In this document: piece by piece, positions 22,250-33,515 of the stretch
How the letters are laid out: each line of letters begins with the position of its first letter
Position numbering within the stretch: position 1 is the first letter of the stretch
IMG/VR virus record: IMGVR_UViG_3300042862_000334
Coordinates: 1 to 61,519 of that record
DNA: 61,519 nt
Direction: 5' to 3' (one strand)
From: a virus
Lineage: Duplodnaviria; Caudoviricetes
Position numbers and translations under genes: made by a program
Notes under the pieces: model-generated
The model's input: only the letters and a program-made list of their open reading frames with translations
Told to the model about the DNA's origin: nothing
Database searches by the model: none

Positions 22250-22847
22250 TAGTTAATTTATTTTTTAGTAGTTGTTGTATTAGCTCGTAAGAAAACAAGC
22301 TGTATTCTCCAAACATATTATAGTAAGCATCAATTCCAACATCCATACTTTTATATTTTCTTATTTCCTTAATTACAGGATTTTCATCTCCATGTAAATG
22401 TCCACTTAAATGAAATGCGCCGTCCTCTTGGTAATTCCAGCAAAATTGCGGGAAATGTGAACAGCAAATAATTTGACCTTCAATATTTAATTCTAAATAG
22501 TCTCCTAAATAAATAAGCTTATCACATTCATGCCAAGTAGAAAATAACTTTCCTCTGTTACAATGATTGCCAAAAAGCATAATAACATTTTTACAAACTA
22601 AACTATTTAAAAACTGTTCGTAGTTTTTATCTTGCATCATCGTATCCCCGCACAAAACAAGTAAATCATTCTCTCTTACGAGTTTATTAGTTTCAACTAT
22701 AATGTGGTCATTCATGTGTTCTACGCTGTCAAACTTTCTACCAAAGTCTATCACTGCCTTATGGTCTATGTGAAAATCTGACGAAAAATAAACCTTATCT
22801 ACATTTAAGGTTTGTTTTGGGTAGCTTGTTAATATTTTAACTTTCAT
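22233..22847 (-). CDS. Metallophosphoesterase
   Basis: SDFH, CGD, GNH, SHFP, GHLH. Confidence 0.8.
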   Translation of the reverse strand: MKVKILTSYPKQTLNVDKVYFSSDFHIDHKAVIDFGRKFDSVEHMNDHIIVETNKLVRENDLLVLCGDTMMQDKNYEQFLNSLVCKNVIMLFGNHCNRGKLFSTWHECDKLIYLGDYLELNIEGQIICCSHFPQFCWNYQEDGAFHLSGHLHGDENPVIKEIRKYKSMDVGIDAYYNMFGEYSLFSYELIQQLLKNKLTIGRHE

Positions 22848-23827
22848 AACTTTTTATATTCTGGCTTAATTAATCTATATATCTGTTCATCTATTCTTTT
22901 ACCGTTTCTTAGAGAAAATAGGATATGTTTATATTTATAGTCTTTTATTATTTTGGCAAATTCTTTATCTGATTCTATATGTTTATATTTTAAATATTCT
23001 AATTTAATAGTAGATTCAAAAAAAGAGAATAAACCTATTAAATATTCCTCATACTCTCTAACAGAATTATAAAACTCATCTGGATATCCACTTAATAACT
23101 CTAAAATACTATCGCCGTTTCTCAAACAGTCCCAAACAGCTGTAGTTGACATTTGTGACATCATTTTGTGTAATCTCAAATATTCAGCTCCTTTTATTTT
23201 ACAACGCTCTCCGTTTGAAAATTTGACTACATATCCTTCTTCATTATCTTTTATATCCTCACATAGTTTTTCTAAAGGTGTATCTTTTCTGTGAATTCTT
23301 GCGTGAGGTAAAAGCCAACAATATATATCTTGTTCATCTCCTGTTTTAGTATTAAAAACTGCTGTTAAAATTACATCTTCATAATCTCCATAATCCACCA
23401 CAATTCTATTTTCTTTAAAAATTATTTCAAAACAGTATGTGTTATCTTTATCTAAAGATTTTAAATCATATTTTGAAAGTAATTCAAATCCTTTTATAGC
23501 CTGTTCAGAAGTAAAAGAACCTCTTGATGCAAAAACCCATTCGCCGCCAAAAAAGAATAAAATACCTAAAGAACCGTCGTATTTAGTATATATCTCATAA
23601 TCGTCAGTTACATTAGTTCTACCTTCAGATAAATTAAAAAACTTCTTAAAAGGTCTTGCAACTATATTTCCCGAATTATCTACAACAAGTCCACGACATT
23701 GTAAAGTTACTTCATCCCAAAGACCCTCATACTGCACTCTATCTGTATAATTGTAAACCGTTAAAGGTAATGTTGGATGAACTTGACTGTAAAGTAACCC
23801 ATCTGCTTCATATTGTTTTAAATTCAT
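22844..23827 (-). CDS. T4 Rnl1-like RNA ligase
   Basis: QCRGLV, RPFKKFFN, motif I KYDGSLG, EGYVV, KIK. Confidence 0.85.
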   Translation of the reverse strand: MNLKQYEADGLLYSQVHPTLPLTVYNYTDRVQYEGLWDEVTLQCRGLVVDNSGNIVARPFKKFFNLSEGRTNVTDDYEIYTKYDGSLGILFFFGGEWVFASRGSFTSEQAIKGFELLSKYDLKSLDKDNTYCFEIIFKENRIVVDYGDYEDVILTAVFNTKTGDEQDIYCWLLPHARIHRKDTPLEKLCEDIKDNEEGYVVKFSNGERCKIKGAEYLRLHKMMSQMSTTAVWDCLRNGDSILELLSGYPDEFYNSVREYEEYLIGLFSFFESTIKLEYLKYKHIESDKEFAKIIKDYKYKHILFSLRNGKRIDEQIYRLIKPEYKKL

Positions 23828-23883
23828 AATTCTTATTTTTAATTTATTCGCCGCCTAAAAAACTAAAACAGCAATTTCTTCTG

Positions 23884-23945
23884 CAAATATACAACATTTA
23901 TCTCAATTAAACAAATGATTGGCGTAATTTATATTGAGTCTAAAT
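23884..23945 (-). promoter_or_regulatory. Promoter with upstream 19-bp palindromic box
   Basis: TTTG-N20-TATATTTG (23915-23884); ATTTATATTGAGTCTAAAT at 23927-23945. Confidence 0.65.
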
Positions 23946-23970
23946 AGGAGATGATTTCTTTTTACAATAT

Positions 23971-25320
23971 TTACAAAGGGGTTTTATAATTTAACGTATT
24001 AAGTTCTTTAAAATTAATACAAGGGTTTACTGAAAAACACTCGGTATGTCCTTGGAAATAATTTAAAGGTTTGTATTTATGTTTTTTATATTTATTTAGT
24101 ATATACTGTTCTAAACTTACACAATCAAAAACATTCCAAACTAAAACAGACACATCTTTTATCTCATAACCGCTTTGTTTTAACAAATCTTTTTTACGTT
24201 TTTTATAGTTTGAAGATATACCTAATTTCCAAAAAATTTCATTCTCATTAGAAAATTCCATAACATACAGTAAGCACTTCATTTCTTTAGAAGTCTCTAT
24301 CTCACCATTGGTTAAATCTTTTCTATAAGATGACATTATTTTAGCACATGTCGGACATCCTCCATTATTATCAACGTGATTATTAGGTCTTTGAAAAAAA
24401 GAACCGTGGTATTTACATATTATTTCAACACGTATTCTGTTATTTTTATAATCTACTTTAGAATAATTATACTTATCACCATGAACTTCTTTTGCTTTTT
24501 CTATAAATTTTTCAGTGTTACCTGTATTCCAACTAACTCTCTTAGCACATTTACTACATTGTTTCCCTCTTAGATGTTTTTGAGCCCTTTGTTTAACATT
24601 ACCATGTATTTCACAGAAATAGCTTATAACAGAATTTGTGTTTTTATAATCTGACAGGTCATAAATAAGGTTATTACCAAACTCTTGAAATCTCTTTAAC
24701 ATTTCTTCTTTTGATATACTATAATCAACACCTCTTTTTTCATAGGAGCATTTTTCACAATCAGACCCTCTTATGTGGGAGTGCCCATTTTGTATATACT
24801 CTCCATGAATAGGACAGATAATAGTTAAATGTTCGTCTAATCTTTTAAAATCGTGTACTAAAGAGTAATCAAATTTAAAATTATGTATTTCATTACTTTT
24901 TCGTATAAAATCCTCTTTTGTTGTTCTATTTATTTTAGCTCTACTTTCCAAACCACACTTAGGACATCTATCACCTCTATCCGAATGAGCACTAGGAGCT
25001 TGTTCAAATTCACCGTGTAAAGGACAGACTATTTTAATTTTTGTATTATTGTTGACATAAACTGATAAAGAATAATCATAAAAGTTATTATGTTTTTTAG
25101 AGGCTTTTAAAATCCATTCTTCTGTTGTTAGTTTTTTACTCTTAGTTAAAGGGACTATTTCATAATTAAAATACTTTGTGATTTTTTCTAACATTTTTTG
25201 ACTTACTCCAAATTTTTTGTATAGGTTCTGCTTACAGAACTTAAAATCAGTCTCTTGTTTTAAAATGTCTAATGTTTCAGGATTTATTATTAAAATCCAC
25301 TCTTCAAATGTTTTAGGCAT
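23971..25320 (-). CDS. Homing-endonuclease-like protein: repeated CxxHG zinc modules (DUF723-like) plus C-terminal GIY-YIG/T5orf172-like domain
   Basis: Four CPxHG...H...CxxC repeats; LYVMEF...WKLGIS...LEQYIL...GHTECF. Confidence 0.7.
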   Translation of the reverse strand: MPKTFEEWILIINPETLDILKQETDFKFCKQNLYKKFGVSQKMLEKITKYFNYEIVPLTKSKKLTTEEWILKASKKHNNFYDYSLSVYVNNNTKIKIVCPLHGEFEQAPSAHSDRGDRCPKCGLESRAKINRTTKEDFIRKSNEIHNFKFDYSLVHDFKRLDEHLTIICPIHGEYIQNGHSHIRGSDCEKCSYEKRGVDYSISKEEMLKRFQEFGNNLIYDLSDYKNTNSVISYFCEIHGNVKQRAQKHLRGKQCSKCAKRVSWNTGNTEKFIEKAKEVHGDKYNYSKVDYKNNRIRVEIICKYHGSFFQRPNNHVDNNGGCPTCAKIMSSYRKDLTNGEIETSKEMKCLLYVMEFSNENEIFWKLGISSNYKKRKKDLLKQSGYEIKDVSVLVWNVFDCVSLEQYILNKYKKHKYKPLNYFQGHTECFSVNPCINFKELNTLNYKTPL

Positions 25321-25343
25321 ATTTTGACTTATAAAAACGCCAA

Positions 25344-25480
25344 AAACTTACTATCAACCAGAGCAGTGGTTTTCAAGTAAGTTTCAGCTATTATAATTTT
25401 TATATTTAAATTTGTTTTAAAATCAACCTGCTCGAAGAAATTAAAGCACAAATATACGAAAAATATTTTAATTATCCAAA
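25344..25480 (-). promoter_or_regulatory. Promoter plus two-hairpin kissing-loop 5' leader
   Basis: TTTG-N20-TATATTTG (25480-25449); hairpins at 25344-25384 and 25413-25448 with loops GAGCAG/CTGCTC. Confidence 0.6.
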
Positions 25481-25503
25481 TTATTTACAATATTTTTAAC
25501 ATC

Positions 25504-27918
25504 TTAGTGGCAATCAAACCATGTTCTACCTAGCATATATTCCATACCCATAGGAACATTAATTTTAAACATACTCTCTATTTCCCTCATACTATTTACA
25601 GTCTCTTTAGATATGATATTTGGTAAACAAACATAATAACCTTTTGTGCTGTGACCTATAGCACTTAGTTGCTCTCCAGTCCAGTCGCTCACAAAAGCCT
25701 CCGCATCTTCTTTAGTATTGAATATTTCAAACTTGAAAAAAGAGGGGTCTGCATACATATCAACCTCATCGTGATATTCTATCATACTGATAATCAATGG
25801 TTTAGCTGTAAAAGGGTCAATATCAACTTTATGTATTTTTTCCAATTTTTCCATAAGTAAGACTGTTGCGTATTTTGCATAGATAACTGCTGCCGACTGA
25901 AATAAGGCGTTTAAGATGCTGTGAGGGGAACGTACAAAAACTTTTCTACCATCAATGGCAGGTACAAATTTTTTATCTGTCGATTCCCAGTATTCTAACG
26001 CTTTCTCTTTAAACTCTTTTAAAGCTATAGCTGTATTCCAAAAACCATCTACAATATCTTTAGAATCTTGGTCACTTTTACCTGTCATTTTTTGTATTTT
26101 TCGCCAAGATGCACCATAGATAATTCCATAATTAATACTTTTTGCCTCCGAGCGAGGTACTCCCATAACTTCTGCCATTTTTGTATGTAAATCATTAGGT
26201 TTTTCAGCAACAAATGTTTTACCTAATTCTATACCATCTGTATAATTATACACATAGTGCGCCATAATTCTGGCTTCAATACTAGCGTAGTCGAATCCAT
26301 AAAAAACACCTCCGTCACCACAACCAAACAGACTTCTAAGTTCTTTTCCATAAACAGATGTTGGTCTAGCAATGTTACAAATGCCAATATGTCTGTATCT
26401 TGATGTATTTGAACCTATCTCGATAGAGGGCGTACTTACTCTTCCGTCTTCTTCTCTATACATAGAAAGAAAGCCTGTATTTGGGGCTTCTAAGTCAAAA
26501 TCCATATCTTCTACATCTCCTCCTGCGATAGATGCTTTTCTATGTTTGTAAGTTAAAAATAAGGCAAAAAATTTAGCAAACTCTACTTTCTCACCTAATT
26601 TATTTAGGTTAGGACATAATTCTTTTTCAACTCCTACTTTAACTTTCGGACTTGTAGGTAAACGAACAGGGAAATCTTCTCTTAACCTGTCTTTTACTTT
26701 TTCTGATAAATCTTCCCACCCTTTTGCTTTAAATAAATCAAAAGCTATTTTTAATCGTAAGTTAGTGTATTTACCACACATAGTTTCTGATAACCACTTT
26801 TCAAAAGCTTTCACTCTTTTTTCGTAAGATAAAGATTGTTTTTTGCTATCTTTTGTAAAATCCCGTTCAGCCCATTCCACAGGAATCCATCCATAGTCAT
26901 CAATAAGTGTCATTTTAACATGGTCAAGGTTACTTATATCTGCCTCTGTATGCGTCTTTAAAGGTAAATTAAAAGGGAGTTCATAGGTGTTATTTTCAAA
27001 CTCTATGAAGTATTTTTGTTCTTGGTTTTCTAGTATTTTTGCACCAATTCTTTCAGCGAATTTTATAATGTGTGTAGATGGTTTTCCATTTTTTAAAAAT
27101 TGTGTATTCGGAGGTGTAAAATTAGACAACTCTGTTTTTGTCATCGGTTTAGGAGGGAGTAAAGGATTTACCTTGTTTTGTAATTCCTCCATTTTTTGAG
27201 TTAAATCTTCCACACATTTAATAGCCAAATCCTTATCAAACCAAAAACCGAAAGTCTCTCTTCTAATTGCAAGGTCAGCCAGTTTGTGTTCCATTTTAAT
27301 AGCTTTATCCCAACCTTTGTAATCACCTTTTTCTTTCATAAGAGCAAAGAAAGTTCTTTTACCTACCTCTGTGTCCAAAATACAATATTGAGTCATTAGT
27401 GGTGTGTAGTTTTTAAACTCAAAACCTTTAGGAGAATCTTTAGGTATAATACCTCTTTTTATGCACTCACCTCTGAAATCCATTTTCGCACAACCTATTC
27501 TTTCTCCCCAATTTTCAAGAGAGTGTCCATTATATCTATCTGGATTAAAAAGACGAGATAAAATTAAAGTGTCAATATGTTTAACCTCTTCTCCGAATAA
27601 AGTATCAGGTTCATCTAAATAACCTACAGAGTAATCTAAAACACCAAATAACTTTAGACAAATCAAATCAAACTTAACTCCGTTATGTTGTACAAGGTAT
27701 TTACAGCCCTTTAGAGACTCTTTCATCCACTCTTTGGTAATCTTGTCCCCTTCAGCTACAAAAAGCTCGTCAGTATAAGCATCTCTAATTACAACAACAT
27801 GTAGTTTTGCATCTGGTTTTAGCTTGTAAGGAAAACTTGAATGGTCAACCATTTCTTCAAGTAATGACGATGTTTCTATGTCAATAACTTTTACTAAACC
27901 TTTATTCTCTAAATCCAT
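25504..27918 (-). CDS. Family A DNA polymerase with 3'-5' exonuclease (T7-like)
   Basis: Exo motifs DIET, HNGVKFD, YCILD; motif A FDYASIEARIMAHY; motif B RSEAKSINYGIIYG; motif C YHDE. Confidence 0.92.
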   Translation of the reverse strand: MDLENKGLVKVIDIETSSLLEEMVDHSSFPYKLKPDAKLHVVVIRDAYTDELFVAEGDKITKEWMKESLKGCKYLVQHNGVKFDLICLKLFGVLDYSVGYLDEPDTLFGEEVKHIDTLILSRLFNPDRYNGHSLENWGERIGCAKMDFRGECIKRGIIPKDSPKGFEFKNYTPLMTQYCILDTEVGKRTFFALMKEKGDYKGWDKAIKMEHKLADLAIRRETFGFWFDKDLAIKCVEDLTQKMEELQNKVNPLLPPKPMTKTELSNFTPPNTQFLKNGKPSTHIIKFAERIGAKILENQEQKYFIEFENNTYELPFNLPLKTHTEADISNLDHVKMTLIDDYGWIPVEWAERDFTKDSKKQSLSYEKRVKAFEKWLSETMCGKYTNLRLKIAFDLFKAKGWEDLSEKVKDRLREDFPVRLPTSPKVKVGVEKELCPNLNKLGEKVEFAKFFALFLTYKHRKASIAGGDVEDMDFDLEAPNTGFLSMYREEDGRVSTPSIEIGSNTSRYRHIGICNIARPTSVYGKELRSLFGCGDGGVFYGFDYASIEARIMAHYVYNYTDGIELGKTFVAEKPNDLHTKMAEVMGVPRSEAKSINYGIIYGASWRKIQKMTGKSDQDSKDIVDGFWNTAIALKEFKEKALEYWESTDKKFVPAIDGRKVFVRSPHSILNALFQSAAVIYAKYATVLLMEKLEKIHKVDIDPFTAKPLIISMIEYHDEVDMYADPSFFKFEIFNTKEDAEAFVSDWTGEQLSAIGHSTKGYYVCLPNIISKETVNSMREIESMFKINVPMGMEYMLGRTWFDCH

Positions 27919-28154
27919 ACTTACTCTACTAAATTAATTTTTTTTCTTCTGTTTTTAATTGTTTTCCGCTGATTTTAGATACCAATTATGTATAGACCTA
28001 CCTATATCTAAAGTTAAATGTTCTATGAAATAATCAACCTCTTCTACTTTTAAGTTATCAATTAGAATTTGTAATTGTGGGTTTGAAAGTAGTGCCACCC
28101 TTTTTAAAACTTCTATTTTCATATATTTTTGCTTTTAATCTTTTTCCGCCAAAA

Positions 28155-30427
28155 TTAATATAAATCCTCACTATAAAGTGTTCCCTCTCCGCCACTAACT
28201 CTTATAATTTGATTAGCTTTTTTAGCTATATCCCAACCTTCTTGTCTATCTACGAATCTGTTTAAATTTGTTAGAAATCCTTGAATATGTTCTCCACTTT
28301 CAGCATCTCTTAGTCCTGTTACGGCGCATTTAGAGTAGATACATTGACCGTGACGGTGTCCTGTAAAAACTACGCCACTATCACAATTTTTTGGTAAATA
28401 ACTACCTAATGGTACATCGCTGTTTTTAATGTGTGGAAATTCTTTATACCAAACTGCTGCACATAATATTCTTTCTTCCATGTTTATTCTACTTTAAACG
28501 ATTTATCAAAAGACTGTTCTTCTCTAACATACACTTCTAAACTATTTATATCTTGGTAACACACTGCTTCAAACCATTCTCCTTCGTGTTGATATTTGCA
28601 AGGGTGTAGCACTCGATACAGATTTTTATTTTTGTAGTGCGTATATAACGTTTCTTTCAATTTCATTCTGTTTTTATCTTTTTCGCGGCGATTTTCTTAT
28701 CCACATAACTATCTATTTCTTTTTCACACCCACTGCAAAATAAACCTTCTCCAACACCTTTGGTTAAGACAGGTTTTTGACAGCAGTATGTTACAATATC
28801 TTGGTGCAATTTATTTTCCATTTTTTATCGCCGAAATTAATCTGTTATTAAATTTTTCTTCTCTCTCTTTATACATCTTTAAAACATCTTCATGTCTATT
28901 ATCATCGAAAAATGTCTTACAAACAAGTTTTGATACTTTACTTCTAAATTTCTCTTCTATACTTGTTGGCGCGGATTCTAAAGGAGTAAAAAACAACTGC
29001 TCAATCTCATAATTATCAAAGATTAGTTTAGCTTTAAAAGAACGACTATATCTTTCAATTACTTCTATTTTAACTTCAATATAAACTGATATTCCTAATT
29101 TAACCCACAATAATTTACCATCTTCTGTTGGTTTAGGTAGTTGAACAAGTATTTTATCTTTTATAATATTATCTAAGATAAAGTCTCTGTATTTTTCTGT
29201 TATACTCATTCCCACCAATTTTTTATCCTTTCATTCATAATCTTAAATAACAAATCTTGAGCTCTTTGCTGATTTATATTTCCAATATTCATTGCAATAT
29301 ACTTCTTACTTTCTAAACTGAAAATACCTTCACCATTTAAAACTCTTTTGTAAATCAACGGATATTTCTTAAAATACTCGTCAAAGTTTTCCCAAATTTG
29401 TTCTGACTCCCAAGTTGAATATCCTTCCATATCACTACATTTTTCAAACCAATGTTTTTCTTTATGATAATCAAAATATTCATGTTCATAGAACTCATCT
29501 TGTATTTTCTCAATTAAGCTTACACAAATTCTCATATCTCTTGCATCTTTTTGTGCTTTTGTATAAAAATCTCTATCTCCAATGTATTTAGCTTGAGCTT
29601 TTAATTTGTGTTTTAAAACTTCAAAAATGTAATGACTGTCCCAATTTCTATCTTGCCAAATTACTTTTCGCCAATACCAAAAGTTTTTTACACCTTGTTT
29701 AAAGTCTTTTGGAATGAATCGCCAATTAAATTTCCATTTTAAAGATAATCTTCTGAATAGATTTGGTTTTGGTCTGTCTTCTATATAATCACAACCACAG
29801 TTTTGTCCACAACTATCTAAAAAGCAACCTTTACCTTCATTCCCTGTACAATTTATCTTTTTCATTGTATAAATATTTTTAAAGTTGACCCGCCATCTTG
29901 ATAACTAACTTCTACACCACCACGGTAAGTAAAAATTCTACCTATTGGGTGTTTATCTGAATTGTGGTTGATTATTTCTACCCTCGTTACAGATGGTTTT
30001 ATAACAGCCCATTGAATTCTTTCTTCGCCCAAATCAGTATAGATTTCAGTTTCTATTTCAAAGTTTACTTCTTTATTTTCTTTTACAGCAAATCCGCCGA
30101 AATAAGAAGAAGTTAAAGATAGAGGATAATCTACAAAAACAACATCGTCTCCTTCTAAAGAAGATACTGTTCTAGCCCAAAATGCATTTTCTTTTCTAAT
30201 TATTTTTCCTTTTGTCATTGTATAAATTCTTTTAAATCAACTGCGTTTAATATACTGTCTTTATCAATAATAGCACAATCATGTTCAACTTGTGCATAAG
30301 CTTTTTCCGCCACAATTTCAAGAAGTTCTTGGCATTTTAGTTCTGCAAATTCAGATAATGCTTCTTCAAACATCCAATCTCTACATCCTTCAGGATAATA
30401 TTTTTCTGTAAATTCTTCTGCTGTCAA
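28155..30427 (-). CDS. Cluster of hypothetical proteins (28155-28481, 28484-28666 DUF1653-like, 28811-29218, 29206-29865, 29862-30218, 30215-30427)
   Basis: ORF track; 28484-28666 has the YxHYK...Y...V.Y...YVR pattern. Confidence 0.55.
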
Positions 30428-30589
30428 AATTTAATTTTTAATTTCTAAATAATATTCACACTCTGTTTCACTTTTATTCGGCGGCGCAGAAAAATAAGAT
30501 TGCCTGTATTCGTTTGCAACCGCTGTAAATCTATAGCAAGTTTCTTTTAACTCGCAACCCGTACCTTTACATTTTGATATGTCCATTTT

Positions 30590-31885
30590 TTATTTTTTTA
30601 ATAGTTTACAACAGTATATAGCTAAATTTTCAATAACGTTTCCGTTTTTTGTTAAGTCTAAATATTCGACTAAAAAGGTGTGGAAATCATCTTCGATACT
30701 AAATGTCTCATCTATAATTAGACATTTTTCAAATTTATCAGCTACTACTTTACTACCTTTTAATTTAGCTGTTTTGACTTCAATATCTAAATTAAAGTTA
30801 TAATGTTTTTTAATTTCAAAAGCAAAAGGTGTTATATATTCCACCTTGTCTACCGTTATTGACGGTTCAGATAAAGGAGTAGGTGTGGTTTCAATTGTAA
30901 CTTCTCTACTATAACTCCACAGACTATCTTCTATTGTTTTTATTTTTTTACCGCCGATTTTACAATCCTTTTGTTTTCTAACTTTATCAATTAACCAATC
31001 ATAAGACCTAACTTCTCCAAATTCTTGATACACCTCATTTACAACCTTTTTAACAGATTCTGAAATATAATCTGAATAGTGGGTATTAGTGCTTAAAAAC
31101 TCTTTTTCTTCTGTTTGGAAATAAGGGGCTATAATACTTTTTAAGAAATCTTCGTTGTTAGTATTTTGGATAGCGTAACTAATGTTTTGTTCAACAGAAT
31201 ATAAATTACTTAAAATACGTCTTTCGTCTATATCTCCAAATTTAATATTCCATGCAAATCTACTAGGTTTGTCTTTATCTTCATACACTAATATATTTTG
31301 TTTGTAAATCCTAAGATACCTTTCTTTATTTTCTAAACATTCAACAGAACTTGAAACTTCACATAAAGGTTTTGATTGATTTATATATAAGTGTTTATTT
31401 TCCCAAACATTAAAAAACTCATTTTGCTCATCAAATTCTAAAGTAACAACTGTTCCGTAAGCAATCATAAATTCATCTTGCTCCTCACTGATATTACCTT
31501 TTTCATCTAACATGTTTGAATAAAGCTCTCTTAAAGCCATCCATAAACTCCAATTGTATCCCATCTGTAAAGCAAATCCTGTTTCTATTACCCCAGAAGT
31601 ATCGTCAGAATAGTCTATGTAATTTATATTAATAAGCTGTTTCTCTTTGATTGTATTGGGGCATTTCTTAACACTTGTAGAAAACTTATAAACATTTAAA
31701 ATACCATTGTCATCATAGGTTTTAATAGATATGTTTATATTATTTCTTAAAAGTAATGCTATTGCGTACTTTAATCCCGAATCAAACTGACCTATGGTGC
31801 TTTCATCCCCTCTTTTAGAAGAATCGCCCATAGAAGATAAGTCTAACCTTGATATTATAGTGGGTGTTATAAAATTTACTTTCAT
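30590..31885 (-). CDS. GHKL-ATPase-related protein (motifs apparently permuted)
   Basis: IGQFDSGLK G-box-like motif and RELYSNMLDE N-box-like motif. Confidence 0.5.
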   Translation of the reverse strand: MKVNFITPTIISRLDLSSMGDSSKRGDESTIGQFDSGLKYAIALLLRNNINISIKTYDDNGILNVYKFSTSVKKCPNTIKEKQLININYIDYSDDTSGVIETGFALQMGYNWSLWMALRELYSNMLDEKGNISEEQDEFMIAYGTVVTLEFDEQNEFFNVWENKHLYINQSKPLCEVSSSVECLENKERYLRIYKQNILVYEDKDKPSRFAWNIKFGDIDERRILSNLYSVEQNISYAIQNTNNEDFLKSIIAPYFQTEEKEFLSTNTHYSDYISESVKKVVNEVYQEFGEVRSYDWLIDKVRKQKDCKIGGKKIKTIEDSLWSYSREVTIETTPTPLSEPSITVDKVEYITPFAFEIKKHYNFNLDIEVKTAKLKGSKVVADKFEKCLIIDETFSIEDDFHTFLVEYLDLTKNGNVIENLAIYCCKLLKK

Positions 31886-31927
31886 ATTTTAGAAAAATAA
31901 GCCCTTAATTAAAAGGGCGTTTGTTAA

Positions 31928-32206
31928 TTACTCAGAGATAAATTCTTTTTCAAATGTTTTATAAAGCTCTAAAGTTGATTTAGTGTTTACAAGCTGATTA
32001 TAAAGATTTTCAACAACTGATTTATCCAATGGCTCTGTAGATGATAATCTGTTTTGTAATTGCTCTTGTAAATCCTCAATTTTGTCTTCTAAATCTCTTT
32101 TTGTTCTTTTTAAAAATTTAGCATCTGCTTTTGTAGTCACTTCTAATACTACGTTTACATTTTTCTCTTCTGATAATGTTGTCTCTAATAATTCTTTTCT
32201 TTTCAT
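31928..32206 (-). CDS. Coiled-coil hypothetical protein
   Basis: ORF track; preceded by a promoter at 32237-32244. Confidence 0.6.
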   Translation of the reverse strand: MKRKELLETTLSEEKNVNVVLEVTTKADAKFLKRTKRDLEDKIEDLQEQLQNRLSSTEPLDKSVVENLYNQLVNTKSTLELYKTFEKEFISE

Positions 32207-32366
32207 TTTTGTTTATTTTTTAAATTAATTACTCTGCAAATATACGAAAAAAATTCCGCGTAAAAAAATAAAACAGCAAGAATTTAATCTCACTGTCTTA
32301 ATTTATATTGATTCTAAATAACAGAATAATGCTATACATATTAATTATAACACTATTTTGCTATTT

Positions 32367-33515
32367 TTAAAAAGGAGGTGTAGTATCTCCATCACCAAAA
32401 ACTGAACTTAACTGGTCAAAACTAATTGGTGGTACAATCTCAGAAACTGTTTTTTCAAACACTGGAGTAGTGTTGAATGTTGGCGTTTGGAATGGTGTGG
32501 CTGTTTGTTTGGGCTCAATAGACTGTTTCATTTTTTCTATCTGTTCTGATGTTAAATCCATCTTTTTTACGAAAAGGTCTCGCCATGGGGAATCTGATTC
32601 CCTTACTTTTGTTACAAAATAAAATAAATTTGAAATTGTATTAAATGAAATTCTTCCGTTTTTATCTTCTTCCCCGAAAAATTCATCTAAATAATCATAC
32701 CTTTCTTTTGAAACTTTTAAATATTGTGTCACAGATTGTTTGAAAGGGTTTGTGATTATTATTATATAAGATGCTAACTGCTCCATAAAACTGCTACCAA
32801 AAATCCAAGAATTGTTAGGCATCATATCATTAGATTTCTCTTTTATATTACCACTGTGAATCCTATTAATTTGCGAAAGTAACAAGAAATATACGTTGTT
32901 GAACTCTAACTTCAGTAAATTTATAAATTCGCTTATTTTTTCTAAAACAGCTTGTTTATCAGAGCCTACGAACAATAAAATGTGGTCCGCTGATAATATT
33001 ATGCTATCAGCATCTTTGTGCTTAATACAAAAATCTCTTGTCATCTTATAAAAATCCTCTGGAGTAACAGGTGACTGAACTACAAACCTTCTGTTATCTT
33101 GTAAACTCTCATAATACTTTTTTACTTTTTCAGATTCCTCTTCATTAAATTCTTCAAATAATATTTTTGATTTCTTTTTACCAAGTAAGTTATGTGTTGT
33201 ACGTAGAAGTTTATTTAACATCTTCATCTCCATAGAAAACTCAAGACTGACAAAATTTTCAGCATTTGGGTTTACTTCTTTACTCATAATTTTTTCTATC
33301 ATTCTGTAAAGTGTCTCAGATTTACCTGAGGATGGAGCTCCAGCTATTAAAACACAATCACCTGGTAATAAGGTTCCTAAATGACAATCTAGCATTTCTT
33401 CCCCTGTGCGGAGTAATAGTTTTGTACCTTTTTGCAATTTTGCCATTTCAGCAAACGCCTCTGTAGCAACTACACCTACTTGTTGAATTCTACTATCTAA
33501 TTGTATTTCACTCAT
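32367..33515 (-). CDS. DnaB-like (SF4) replicative helicase
   Basis: Walker A GAPSSGKS, FSMEM, ADH, LLSQINR; acidic/PF C-terminal tail. Confidence 0.85.
   Translation of the reverse strand: MSEIQLDSRIQQVGVVATEAFAEMAKLQKGTKLLLRTGEEMLDCHLGTLLPGDCVLIAGAPSSGKSETLYRMIEKIMSKEVNPNAENFVSLEFSMEMKMLNKLLRTTHNLLGKKKSKILFEEFNEEESEKVKKYYESLQDNRRFVVQSPVTPEDFYKMTRDFCIKHKDADSIILSADHILLFVGSDKQAVLEKISEFINLLKLEFNNVYFLLLSQINRIHSGNIKEKSNDMMPNNSWIFGSSFMEQLASYIIIITNPFKQSVTQYLKVSKERYDYLDEFFGEEDKNGRISFNTISNLFYFVTKVRESDSPWRDLFVKKMDLTSEQIEKMKQSIEPKQTATPFQTPTFNTTPVFEKTVSEIVPPISFDQLSSVFGDGDTTPPF

Noticed and set aside
9861-25320. Group I introns or inteins hosting the two endonucleases
   Set aside because: Flanking genes look complete and each endonuclease has its own promoter, so they are free-standing
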